A DNA stretch of 64,000 nt from Octopus vulgaris (Eukaryota): contig OX597825.1 in the NCBI GenBank assembly GCA_951406725.2, positions 69,874,001-69,938,000 of the forward strand. Reading direction: 5' to 3'. Shown in pieces: positions 27,574 to 40,928 of the stretch. The notes under the pieces were generated by a model, which made no database searches, was not told where the DNA came from, and worked only from the letters and a program-made list of their open reading frames with translations. A program made the position numbers and the translations under genes. Within the stretch, counting starts at the first letter, position 1. Each line of letters starts with the position of its first letter.

Positions 27574-27980
27574 GGCGTAGGAGTGGCTGTGTGGTAAGCA
27601 TTTGCTTACCAACCACATGGTTCCTGGTTCAGTTCCACTGCGTGGTAGCTTGGGCAAGTGTCTTCCACTATAGCCACGGGCTGACCAAAGCCTTGTGAGT
27701 GGATTTGGTAGCCGGAAATTGAAAGAAGCCCGTCGTTTATATGTATTTACATATGTGTGTATGTGTATGTGTGGGTGTGTGTGTGTGTCAGCCCAACATC
27801 GCTTGACAACTGATGCTAGAGTCTTTACCTCCCCGTAACTTAGCGGGTCGGCAGAAGAGACCAACAGAATATGTACTAGGCTTACAAACGATAAGTCCTG
27901 GGGTCGATTTGCTCGACTAAAGGCAGTGCTCCAGCATGGCCGCAGTCAAATGACTGAAACAAGTAAAAAAGCGTAAAGAG
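27574..27980 (+). mobile_element. SINE family A, near full length
   Basis: Starts ggcgtaggagtggctgtgtggtaag (A-box-like TGGCTGTGTGG) with B-box-like ggttcagttcc and the full tail. Confidence 0.85.
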
Positions 27981-28234
27981 TATATATTTTCAATAGGGTG
28001 CAAATCTAAAAGCAAGGTTTACAAGGAACGGATATTTTCTCTTGTTCTTCTGGTCAATTTATTTTTTTTTTTGGTTGAGACAATGCTTCTTAGACTTTTG
28101 CAATAAGTGGGGTAATAAAAAGAGTGACAGCATCCTCAAAATTTTCTCGATCAATGATGTTTGCCTCGTACCGATTTGACTAAACAGTCTATATATGTTT
28201 TAAAGCTGTTTTTTTTTTCTCTTCCTTTTCTCAG

Positions 28235-28398
28235 AGGTAGAAATGACGCAGCGTCTGAAGCGTTCCAGCTCATTCAGCAGTCTCTACAGCCGATCAACAA
28301 ATGCTACACAGACACAAAGTTTTAACGGACACAGTGTTAGTACACAAACTTTAGATAGTCTTGGAAATGAGTTTGACGATCATGATGTTGAACTGTAA
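28235..28398 (+). CDS. mGluR: mGluR-like terminal coding exon (C-tail, ends ...DDHDVEL*)
   Basis: Strong polypyrimidine tract and tctcag|AG acceptor; phase 1 matches the previous donor (G+AG=Glu). Open frame EVEMTQRLKRSSSFSSLYSRSTNATQTQSFNGHSVSTQTLDSLGNEFDDHDVEL to TAA 28396-28398. Followed by AT-rich UTR-like sequence with AATAAA motifs. Confidence 0.75.
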
Positions 28399-29252
28399 TA
28401 ACTGTGGCTTCCTGAAACATGTGTATGTTTTACGTTCTGAATTTGAAGGAGGTAAATTAAATAAAAGTATATGAAATATAAATTCTATGAGAATCCCAAT
28501 AACATTACAACACCATCAATCGCAACCATCGATCACAGTGAACGTATTGGCGGTGTCTTCACAAAAATAACAAGAATGAGGAATATTAGGTAGTCAGATG
28601 AATGACATATCACCACCATCACATTCGAAATCCTCGCTACGACAAAATACGTGGATATCTCAAAAACCATTGTATGTCTGTGACACGAATACCAACGACA
28701 GCAGCAATAAATGAGAAACATAAAAATACAACGGTAACAGAAAATAAGAATGATAACAACAATAACAATAACAACAACAAAAAAACAAAAACAAACATCG
28801 CAACAATGATAACAACAACAACAACAATAATAATAATAATGATGACAATACAATCAGAAAAAGGAGAGCAACACAATCAGAATCAATAATATATTCATCA
28901 AATAAAAGGTTGTAAACTGCTGAAAGATTCAGCAATAAACAAAATGTCAAAAATCAAAACAACATTGACAGCAAAAAAACTGTGTTTAAATCATTTAATC
29001 GAAATGAATATTTTTCCTTTTCCAAATTTTTTTTCATCTTGAGAACATCATTTGGTGTCACTAAGTTACTTTCTTCGGTGAGAAAGAAAAACGACAAAAG
29101 CAAAAAACAGTAATTTATATATATATATATATATACATATATGCAAATATATATATATATATACAAATATATATTCAAATATATATATATATGCATATGC
29201 ATATATATATAGAAATATATATATATATATATACAAATATATATATATACAA

Positions 29253-29297
<45 letters not shown>

Positions 29298-29748
29298 AAT
29301 ATTTACATATATATACAAATATTTACATATATCTACAAATATATATGAATATATATACACACACACACACATATATATATATATGAGTATATATATGAGT
29401 ATATATATATGTATATATATATATGAGTATATATATATGTATATATATATATATATATATACATACAAATATATATTAATATATATATCAAAGTAAAGTT
29501 GCTCATCTCTATGTGGATTTACATGTTTGTGTTGTGTTTATGTGTGTGTAAAGTAAGAGTGTATAAAATGGACACAAATATATACATATATATGTAAGTA
29601 TATTATATTATTTGAGGAACGATTTTCTGAAATTCAAAATTATTAACATAAAAACTTTAAAAAGTAGAACGACGCAAGTCCTGTTGAAAGAAATATTTGT
29701 ATGCATCATACACACACACACACACGCACACCCACACATATATGTATA

Positions 29749-29783
<35 letters not shown>

Positions 29784-30365
29784 ATAGATATAGATATGTG
29801 TACATATGTGTATGTATGTTTCTATGTTTTTCATGTATATATGTATATATATGGATGTATGTATATAAATGAATGTATGAATATTTATGTATATAGTTAT
29901 GTATGTATGTATGTATGTATGTATAAGTATATACATACATACAGCTATAAGAAATCTATGTCTGTTAAATATAATGTATATAACATTAATAACTGTTATT
30001 TAGGCGCAATAGTGCCGTGTTCATAGCACCGAATACAGAAAATAAACCACAAAATATTAAGAGATGGAATTAATTATAAATACTATGAAGTGCAAGTTCC
30101 CATTACAGAAACTGCGCCTTACTGCCCTATGCTTTCGTGACATGAAAATATGTAAACAGGCTTCAAGCAGAAAAAACTTCAATTAACGAATAACTTCTAT
30201 ATATGAAATCTGATACAATTATGAATATTATATTTACGTCGTCTTGTTTAGTCTTTCTTGCTGTCTGTCTGTCTTTCTGCCCTCTCCCTCTTACTCTTTC
30301 TGTCTATCTGCCTCATTGCCTGTCATTGTGTATTTCTGTCGCTCTTTCTCTCTATCTCCCTCCCT

Positions 30366-30418
<53 letters not shown>

Positions 30419-30691
30419 TACACACGCAACATTCTGTTTGCGTGTTGCTGTTGTTTTCCCCCTCCCTGAATTTTACTGAATCTAACGCAGTCATTTTGTA
30501 AATAGCTTTTCTCTATGTCTTCTATTACTCTCAAATATTTTTGGATGTCAATGGATTCCTTGTTTCATGTTTATCTGTCCTTTTTATTATTATGCTTGAA
30601 GATGCGGTCTAGTGAATAACGTCTGACCGTAAAGTATATCCGTAACGACAATAATTACTGTTGAACAGTAATAATAATAATAATAATAATG

Positions 30692-30724
<33 letters not shown>

Positions 30725-30727
<3 letters not shown>

Positions 30728-31233
30728 GACCTGGAAATCAAAATACAAAGACCTGGAAATCAAAATACAAAGACCTGGATAACAAAATACAAAGACCTGG
30801 AAATCAAAATACAAAGACCTGGAAATCAAAATACAAAGACCTGGAAATCAAAATACAAAGACCTGGATAACAAAATACAAAGACCTGGAAATAACAAAAT
30901 ACAAAGACCTGGAAATAACAAAATACAAAGACCTGGAAATAGAGGTAACTAGAATGTGGAATCTGAAAACAGAAACAATTCCTATCATAGTAGGTGCATT
31001 AGGCATGATAAAAAAATATTCAGACAAATACATAACAAAAACACCAGGACTTACAAACACATATAACATACAGAAAATTGCACTACTAGGCACTGCACAC
31101 ATCCTACGCAGAACACTTTCCATACAATAACCATCAGAGCATCACAACAAATCACAGCACATACCCAAGGCACACAGAGCTGCGCTCGGTAGTGAAGTGA
31201 AAGCACGCTATAAAAATAAAAATAAAACAACTG
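30725..31233 (+). mobile_element. 5'-truncated R4/Dong-like (RLE) non-LTR retrotransposon 3' end inserted in (AAT)n
   Basis: Frame KYKDLEIEVTRMWNLKTETIPIIVGALGMIKK...IQKIALLGTAHILRRTLSIQ* (stop 31128-31130) is the typical RLE-clade C-terminus. (AAT)n flanks both sides, consistent with the known TAA-repeat targeting of Dong. Confidence 0.8.
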
Positions 31234-31518
31234 AATAATAATAATAATAATTTTCATAGAGAAGGACAAGCGAAGTTGCTTCCCGATTAATCCATCCTCT
31301 TCGTTTGATTTGAAGACCATGGAGAAAGAAAAGGAAACGTTAAGAAGATACATTCCCTTAAAATTTGGGATTGAGAGAATTTGGAATATGAGATTTGTAA
31401 AGTTCTTGCTTATAATCTCTATAATTAATGAAGACGATAACTTCAACAACAAAAAGCACAAGAACAACACCAACAACAACACCACCAACAACAACAACAA
31501 CAATAATAATAAAAATAA

Positions 31519-31574
<56 letters not shown>

Positions 31575-31599
31575 CAATAACAATAATAATAACTATAGC

Positions 31600-32580
31600 T
31601 TCTCACAATGCAGAGCGTACCCCAACCGAAAATTAATAGCAACTAACTCTACCTACCGTGGAGGAAATGTGGCAGAAGATTATTAAACGTAGAAGAAACT
31701 GTTAGGACTGCGATGCCGGGTTTGAAAAATTATGCTGTGCAAAGAATTCTATCGGAAGCCAGAAATACCCAAAAAGAGACCGAAAGAGTAGGTGAATTCA
31801 AAGGGAAAAAGTAGAACTGCAGAACAAATGGAAATTTCTGCAACAAACCGAGAATATTCGATGTATCTTTTCTCCTCTGGCTCTGGTTGACGGATGGGAG
31901 TTTCATACAAGTGACAGAAAAATAATGATATCCGCTCAGGAACAAGTCCTTAAAAGAAATATGATATAGGAAAAGATCGACAAAATGCAGTGGGACAGTA
32001 AACGTAGAATCTGCAGGAAAGGAGACGAAGGTATCAATCAGTTTTTGAGTGAGTGCAGTATGATAGCAGGAAAAGAATATAAACCCAGACACCACTGTGT
32101 AGGCAAAATAGTGCATTGAGACGTTAGCCGAGCGTGTTCCTTCAAAACAACAGAAAAGTGGTATGAACACGTACTAGAGGATGTGATTGAAAATGAGAAT
32201 TACAAAACCTCATACGGACTTACAATACTATTGAAGCAAGAGCATCAGATATTATCATAGAAGCCAAAAGAAACAAACTGTGTAAGATCATAGATTTTGC
32301 TATTCCATATGATAGCAGAGTTGACACCAAATAAATTTTAAGAAATTTTGAAAGATCAGGGTCTAGCCAGAAATCTGAGGAGTTTGTGGAAGACCAAGAT
32401 AATTATTGATGCATTTGCAAAAACGCTAGCTAAAAGACGAACAGAGATTAGAATTGAAATTCGCATTGTCACCCTGTCCATTCACCATCCAATATTCTGC
32501 ACGAATCTTAAGGGAGATTTTCTATATACGAGGGATTTTGTTGCCACCAAATGTCAAGATAAAATACCTGTTATCTAAAT
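31600..32580 (+). mobile_element. Degenerate R4/Dong-like LINE relic (zinc knuckle and RLE region)
   Basis: Frameshifted remnants resembling RICRKGDE...SEC..AGKEY..RH..VGKIVH, then DII...IIDFAIPYD. Bounded by (AAT/AAC)n tracts. Confidence 0.6.
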
Positions 32581-32623
32581 TATGAAGCAGTAGAGTAACA
32601 ACAACTACAACAACAACAACAAC

Positions 32624-32678
<55 letters not shown>

Positions 32679-32947
32679 GTTTCAAATTTTGGCACACGCA
32701 CTCATATACTTATGTTAGTGTGTGTGTGTGTGTGTATGGAATACATAGTTGAATCAAACATATATGCATACATTTATAGTTATGTTTATATATGTATATA
32801 TAGTTGATATAATCGACGATACCAACCCGCTGAAATTGCTGGCCTGGTTCCGAAATTATTATTATTATTATTACTATTATTATTATTATTATTATCATCA
32901 TCATCATCATCATCATTATCATTATCATCATCATTATTATTATTATT

Positions 32948-33502
32948 GAGTGAGAGAGCAGTTCATGCCATCAAAGTGACACTGGGGTAAAATATACGAA
33001 GCCCAATATACCCATCATGACTACCCGTCTGATAAGGGTACACCAGGCACATGCATCACAACCATATGTGCGCGACATGGTGATCTCATATCAAGATAAA
33101 CAGCACATGACCTTGCAGGTGGGGCCCAGTTAGAATTTTCTTCAGGTTGAGTAGCCCATCCCGCTCAAAAGGTCCCTGAATAAGGGTTGTGTAAGGATGT
33201 TGAAAGAACCATCCATGTTTCCAGAGGTGAATTATTCAAACCCCAAAGAATCCCTCTCAACACATGGCTATGATGTTCCCCCACTACTTCTGCTCGTGGT
33301 CAGAGATGCACATATCGTCAGCCACTAAGGGACATGCTCAACTGGTTAAGGTCAAACAACTGACAAGCAAATCTGTGGTATTGAGCAGAATATTTGCTGT
33401 AGCCCATCTTTTATACCAAGACATAACAATGTACACGATAACACTTCCAATCAGTTAAGATCAGAAGCCATGAGAGCCACTGCATGGTACTGCATCAGGG
33501 CA
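32948..33502. mobile_element. Non-coding ~555 bp insert precisely embedded in (TTA)n
   Basis: Sharp boundaries with (TAT)n on both sides, higher GC than the flanks, no meaningful ORF. Confidence 0.55.
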
Positions 33503-33592
<90 letters not shown>

Positions 33593-33615
33593 GTTATTAT
33601 TATTATTATTATTAA

Positions 33616-33648
<33 letters not shown>

Positions 33649-34089
33649 ACTACTAACTAAAACATGTTACTTTGTATTCGGATTTAAGATGTACTCTTTG
33701 AATTCTGAAGCCTGTTGGGCTTATCAAGTTGTTTTCTATTCTGTTTACACTTGTTTAAATCGTTGATTATTAACCATGCTCCATATGTTACATACCTGTA
33801 CATCAAAAGCAAGTTCTCCGTATAAATTTTCTTGTTATTAACCTCATCTTTAGAAACCGAAACGTTTATACTTTCATTATTTTCAATGTTTAAATCTGAA
33901 CTCAGTATCGTGTAATTCTTTCCATCTGGTACAAGAAAGTACTTGTATTATCTCTTTTCCATAATACACCAACTCAATAGTTAAATGTTTAAATAGTAAA
34001 ATTTAAGTAATGTTATTAATTAATCCTAATTTAGGTTAAACTATATCCGGTGATTACAAAATACAGCATAGAAGATATATTAAACGTTA

Positions 34090-34450
34090 TTTTCATAGCC
34101 TCAGACGTGCAAATGATATTGGATCTCGTGGACAAGTATAAGTTCCTAAATTACATCGTAGCAGCAAAACTCCGCCCAGATATTGATCTTCACAAATTCC
34201 AGTAAGCAGGTGATTACGTGGGAACTGAGTGTTTCATGGAAAGAACATATGGAGTAGCTCACAAATTGGAACTTGCCGAATGTCGGAAGCTGGTAGAGCT
34301 GTGCATAAACAAGCACAGCAAAGAGGGGGAGCTATAAATTTCATTACTGAAGCTTTCTAAAAGGTAACTAGTTGGCTTTCGCTAAAAGGCTACTAGTTGT
34401 CTTTGGATAAATGGCCACTAGATGGTTTTCGATAAAATACCAGTAGTTGG
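34090..34450 (+). mobile_element. Hero/NeSL-like RLE LINE C-terminal relic
   Basis: Remnants LRPDI...SSKQVITWELSVSW...AH...LVELC resemble the RPD..ELTVPWE endonuclease motif, with stops and frameshifts. Confidence 0.55.
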
Positions 34451-34756
34451 CTATCAATAATGAGTACAATCAAGTGGGGTACTTCTAACCGGATGTAAGC
34501 TGGAAGCTGATCAGACCTGGACGATGGAGTCTGGTGTCGACAGACACAAAAACCTTGTTACCGCGGAATCATTAATGATGACGCATTTCAAAACATCCGT
34601 GAGATGCGGTTTGAAACTAAAGAACTTGATAATTAGAGGAAATGATGTAGGTATCCACTTTGTTGTACCACGGGGAATAGAGAGTATAATAATCAGGAAA
34701 ATCTGTGAGATGTTTGAAGGAGGATCGGTTCTGTTAGATATTGGCGAGATGCCATG

Positions 34757-34797
<41 letters not shown>

Positions 34798-34800
<3 letters not shown>

Positions 34801-35156
34801 AAAAAAAAGTAAAGATAGAAAATGCTAAAGTAATTTTATAAAAAGTATTTCAGTACCGGTTTCAGTCATTGTGACTTTTTCAACTGTAAGTATGGAAGAC
34901 AATTGAATTTTGGAAAAATTACAAGAAAAGTTTCTTTTTAAAGAATATTTGCGTTTAAATACAAGTGTTTAAATACAAGTGGCATTTTCCTTCTTTCTGC
35001 CTGTCTCTGTCTCTCTTGTTTACTCTTGTGGATTCGAGGTCGTTGTGAATTCTTGGTAGCATGGAGTTAACCGCAGGTATTATTCAAATACTTTTCCCTG
35101 GTAACTATTTATCTATCTTTTCCGTGTTAATTTTAAACAATGGAAAAATACACACA

Positions 35157-35246
<90 letters not shown>

Positions 35247-35329
35247 TAGATAGATACATACATACATACATAAGTGTATTTTTCCCTTGTAAATTAACAC
35301 GGAAAAAATAGCTAAATAGTCACCAGGGA
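34798..35329 (-). mobile_element. Penelope-like non-autonomous fragment in (TA)n, with hammerhead and inverted partial terminal copy
   Basis: Bounded by (TA)n. Carries the hammerhead at 34851-34886. 35095-35153 is repeated in inverted orientation at 35274-35329. Confidence 0.5.
34851..34886 (-). ncRNA. Minimal type I hammerhead ribozyme motif, U3-A8 core variant
   Basis: Minus strand reads cag-TTGAAAA-agtc-acaat-gact-GAAAC-cg-GTA-ctg. Stem I cag/ctg, stem II agtc/gact, palindromic stem III ACCGGT. The core C3-G8 pair is replaced by U3-A8. Confidence 0.65.
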
Positions 35330-35401
35330 GATATATGTATATCTGCATGTATGTATGTATGTATGTATGTATGTATGTATGTATGTATGTATGTATGTAT
35401 G

Positions 35402-35466
<65 letters not shown>

Positions 35467-36766
35467 CAAAATAAGCATAAAAATGCGAACCAAGTTGAAA
35501 AAATACTATTCGAATACCGGAGTAATATACTTTATTAAAAAAATAGCAAAGATATCACAAAAGCTTTTTATAATTTCTTTGCTGCTTTTTAAATATATAT
35601 ATATATATATGGATATACGCGCACACTCACATATATATATTTATATGGATATATGCACATATACGTTTCTGTATATATATATATATATATATGAATATGC
35701 ATGTATGTATGTATCTATCTAATTGTATATATATTTATATATATATATATATATTTGTGTGTGTGCGTGTATGTGTATGCGTGAATGTGTGTGTGGGTCA
35801 CTTTCCAATATCCAATCATATGCGCGTACAAAACATGTTTGCATAGATATGTGCATGCATACATGCAGACTCCTATGTAAATATACGTGGGCATGCACGT
35901 ACATATGTATTCACATTCAGGCAAGCATGCGCACAACACTGCATATTCAAAGAGCAAGGCGGAATCAATGTTGTTAGTGTATGTACGAAAACTGGCTTGT
36001 AGCGTGTATCATTTATTTATCTACCACCTACCATTATTCCTGGTAATTTCATCAGTTCAATCGCGTGTAATATATATTTATTTCATATTGAAAAAATATT
36101 TCAGAACTTTGAATAGTCAGAGACTGGTAAAAAAAAATAAATATTATTGATTAACTTTGTTTTCAGAGATTTTTCGATACTCAAAAATGTTATTGTTTAT
36201 TTGTTGATTACTATTGAGTTTGATGCGATAATTCCTGCAACACCTGTTGCTATTAGTAGAATATTTGGGTGAAATTTACTTGAAATTAATAACTATGCTA
36301 CCGCGTGCTAAGACATATTCTGTTAACTATGTTTGTGAGGGGAATGCTGAGACTTTTATAGCTTTTAAGGGATTCACTTCATTAGTTGAAACACATTTTC
36401 TTTTATCTATAATGAAAATAAATGGAGAACATTTGTAAACAGTAAATCAATTTAGGTGAGACAACAGATCTCCAGTTGGAATAACTGAGCTATCGGGAAA
36501 TCACCAAAGGTCTCATTAATATGACAGCGCATACATTAAATTTACGTCAACGATATAACTATTAAACCAGCTTTGAAGTTACAGGATTGTGAATCCTTCT
36601 GAAAATATGTATAATTCGTAAAAGCGTTTCGAGTAAAGTGTTATATGTGTTTTTGTCGCGTTTATTTTAGCAATGTTTATGGTGTATAGGACGTCATAAT
36701 AATTTAACTGTTTGCAGTATTTTTTATTATATATCTCTTGCTGTTGGGTATATGTAGGTGTATGTT

Positions 36767-36807
<41 letters not shown>

Positions 36808-37149
36808 TGAGATGCAGACGTAGCTATAAATACAAGATTTCCAGAAATGTTCAGGCCTTTGTTGGAGGGGAAGTTATAACAGACCTCGATTAATGTAATT
36901 TTAGTATATATATATATATATATATATATTTAGTATATATCTAATTAGCTGACCTGCCAACTCCCATATAAAAAGAGGTGGCTACTAAGCACTGCTTGCG
37001 ATAGATGATTAGTTTGTAGAATGCAGTTGGGATGGAAGCTCGCTATGCAGTAAGGTTTTCTGTTAAACTGGGGAGAAAAGCGTTACATAAACTCATGAAA
37101 TGCTTCAGACTGATTATGGATTAAGTTCTTAGCTGACACGAGAGATTCA

Positions 37150-37400
37150 AGGAATGTAGAGAGGAAATGAGAGACGCTGAGAGGTGTGAGAAATAGAAAG
37201 GCTTGCAAACATACGAGCTGGTTGAGAATATTCTCAATTTTCTGGATGAAAGCCGTCCGATGTCTATAAAGACGGTAAGCATTCAGCATTTAGTGTGCAG
37301 TTAGTGTGGAGGCTGTACACAGAATTATTCATGAAGAACTGAACATGCGCAAAATTACACAAAATTTGTGTAAAGATTGTTCCCAGGATTCCCACTGCCA
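37150..37400 (+). mobile_element. Mariner transposase fragment (second HTH/linker)
   Basis: Remnant MSIKTVSIQ...VHRIIHEELNMRKI resembles mariner HTH2 leading to the WVP linker. Confidence 0.5.
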
Positions 37401-38549
37401 AGCATCCTAGTAAACTAGTACTTGATAAAAATGGGCATCAATACTGGCTCTCACACTCCTACTTTCCAGACGTTGTACTCTCTGATTTTTGTTTGTTTCC
37501 ATAAACTGAACGAGAACCCCAGTAGAAGTCGTTTTGAAGATGAAGGAGGTCATACAAGGATCCAGGACATTATCGCTTTTGAGGACTTCCAGGGGCATCA
37601 AAAATATCTGGAGTGCTACAACTACAACAAAATTGGAGGATCCTACAATGACGGAGATTACAGTTTTGTACTTCCTTCATATCAACATGTCTCCCCAAAG
37701 GAACGAGCTGGCAGAATATTAGTACACCTATCATTTCGTCCATCTTTACATTCTGAGTTCAAGTTTCGCCGAGCTCGACTTACCGGGTCAATGAAATAAG
37801 TACCTGGTGAACACTTGGCTCGATGTAACCGACTGCAACCCCCCCCCCCCCACTAAAATTGCTGACCTTATGCCAAAATTTGAAACCGATATATGTGTCT
37901 CTCCTGATAAAGTCTTAAACTCCTGAATTCTATCTTTTCCTTGTATCTTTTTATAAATGTTCGCTTCAAAAATCACTGAATGGAAGTCGAAGGTTGTCCT
38001 TGGGATAGAAACTCACATCTGCAAACTTTTTTCTATCCAAATGGTTTTTAACACAATATTCACATAGAATTATTTATAGCTTTATCTGATCCAAGATTAA
38101 CTGATCCCCAAACGAAATGTTTATTATCTCGAAATTTATAAAACTTTTATGACGTCAACACACACGTACACACACATATATCTTCATTGGTACATATTTT
38201 TCTCACAAGAAATAAATTGTGTGTCCATATACGAATATATGTCATTATAGAAAGCAGTAATATATACGACAGATGTCCGTCGTATAACAGGAAATATTGG
38301 TTGTGAAACTCACTAAATTTTGGAATGAAAATTACTCAGGATCAATGCAATCCCATTTTTATAGGGTTTTTTTTTCAACATGATCTCCTGTCAGCAGTAT
38401 TCTAAATGACTAGGTTTTGCTCTGTTATTTTTATTATTTATTGTTTGTTTATTTATTTATTTATTTTATCTATTGATTGTTTTTTTTTTTTTGCTTACTA
38501 ATAAATATCGTGAAATTTATAGTGAAAATAATTATAGTATGAAAAGAAA

Positions 38550-38905
38550 ATGATGATGGCGATAAGGAGTAATAATGGGGCGATGATGATGATGACGACG
38601 ACGATGGTGATGGTAATGATGATGATGATGACGATGATGATGATGACATCGGCGATGACTACAATGGTGATGTTGACGATGACGACGACGATAATGATGA
38701 TGGCGGTATATATGATCATGATCAGGAACATCATTGTGATTGTGATGAGGATGAGGAGGAGATAGGGGAATCATGGCAGTCAGGAGGATGATGATGATTA
38801 TGATGAAGATGATCAGGATGATTTTCATGATGATCTTGTTGATCGTGATGATGATCATTACCATCACTCATGATGAAGAAAATGACGACGACTACGATGA
38901 TGATA
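38550..38905 (+). repeat. Degenerate (GAT)n trinucleotide repeat
   Basis: Direct reading. Confidence 0.9.
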
Positions 38906-39962
38906 ATAGTTGTAAAAAATTCATAGCTTTGCTATCCATTAATTGGATGTATTCTGTTCGGAGGGAAAAAAAAGGATTAAAAAAAAAAAGAGAAAATATC
39001 ACGTATTCATATTTTTCCATCAATACTTGTACGCTGGTATTGCGTAAAAATAAAATTAAAAATAAAATCTTCTATAAAAAAAAATAAAGTAATTGTATGT
39101 GATATATCTGATATCCCTGGGTGATATATTTTAAACATGAAAAAAAAATATTTCAATAAATGTATAAATTATAATTATGTAAAAAACGAATGAAATATCA
39201 AACCATGTCAACATTGCTTTCAGTAAGCCTGAGCTGGTCTGAGTGATTTTTTAAATTTTTTTATTTTTATTTTTTTTTGAAGGGGAGGTCTTTTTTGTAT
39301 TGTCCAATCGATTAGAGGGAAGCAAAAACGGAAATATGCATAAGTATATTAGTTATATAACGTAATTATTTTTCTTTTTGTCAAATACACGTACATGTCA
39401 GAAAAACTCGATTTCAAACCATAGATATGAAATGTATTAAATACGGTCTTACTCATATGTGCGTATGTATATGTGCGTGTATGTCTGTGTGTTTGTATAA
39501 ATCAACACAAATACTGTGACACTGATGAAATATATGTTTTTCAGTGCGATATGCATCCTCATATGTACAGGATAACAAAAGAAGGTGACGTTTATAAATC
39601 TAAATTGGCTGTCCGAACGAGAGAATTTCTATTAAGGTTTTAAAAAGGACAAAATTTTGTAGATGTCATTTTTTTCCTAATATATCATGGATATAAAAGT
39701 TTGGCAGAACCACCGTAATTGCACTGAGTACTGTGACAAACAGACAAAACGCATGAATATCCATCTGGTCGATTTATCTCTGTTGTTTGTGCTTATATTG
39801 TTTATATATACCATATACATATGTGTGTGTGTGTATGTGTGTGTATGGGCGCATACATATACATATATGAATATATATATATTTACATATGTATAAATAA
39901 ATATGTATGTATGTGTATATATATACATATATATATATATGTGCAAAGTTATTAATGAGGAA

Positions 39963-40041
<79 letters not shown>

Positions 40042-40156
40042 CGCAAATTTAGTGATGAGGGATTATCTGTAAAGGAAAAATATTTCATAGGTTTTGTTAC
40101 TGCAAATACATCACTTTAAAACGTAGATAGATAGACTGGTAGATAGATGATAGATG

Positions 40157-40256
<100 letters not shown>

Positions 40257-40292
40257 CCTACCTACCTACATAATATAAACATACATATATAC

Positions 40293-40650
40293 AACGAGGG
40301 TTCCAGTTGATCCGATCAATGGACCAGCCTGCTCGTGAAATTAACGTGCAAGTGGCTGAGCACTCGACAGACACGTGTACCCTTAACGTAGTTCTCGGGG
40401 AGATTCAGTATGACACAGAGTGTGACAAGAAGGACCCTTTGAAATACAGGTACAACAGAAACAGGAAGAGATAGTATGAGAAAGTTGTGGTGAAAGAGTA
40501 CAGCAGAATTCGCCACCAGCCCCTGTTAGAGCTTCGTGGAGATTTTGGTGTTTTCGCGCAATAAACACTGACAACGTCTGGTCTGGGAATCAATACCGCG
40601 AATCTATGAACGCAAATAGCTGCCTTAACCACTGGGCCATTGCGTCTCCA
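40293..40650 (-). mobile_element. SINE family B copy
   Basis: Reverse complement of 58177-58560. Confidence 0.8.
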
Positions 40651-40654
40651 CTTA

Positions 40655-40712
<58 letters not shown>

Positions 40713-40784
40713 TATATTTATTTATTTATGTATATGTATGTGTATATATATAGACATACATATACATACATAAATAAATAAATA

Positions 40785-40815
<31 letters not shown>

Positions 40816-40826
40816 CATATATATTA

Positions 40827-40912
<86 letters not shown>

Positions 40913-40928
40913 TATATATATATGTACA

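Noticed and set aside
30725-30940. CRISPR-like array
   Set aside because: Units are contiguous tandem repeats with no unique spacers, there are no cas genes, and the context is a eukaryotic LINE.
36150-36210. Alternative terminal exon after ttttcag
   Set aside because: Acceptor-like sequences are common in AT-rich DNA; the short peptide has no supporting homology.
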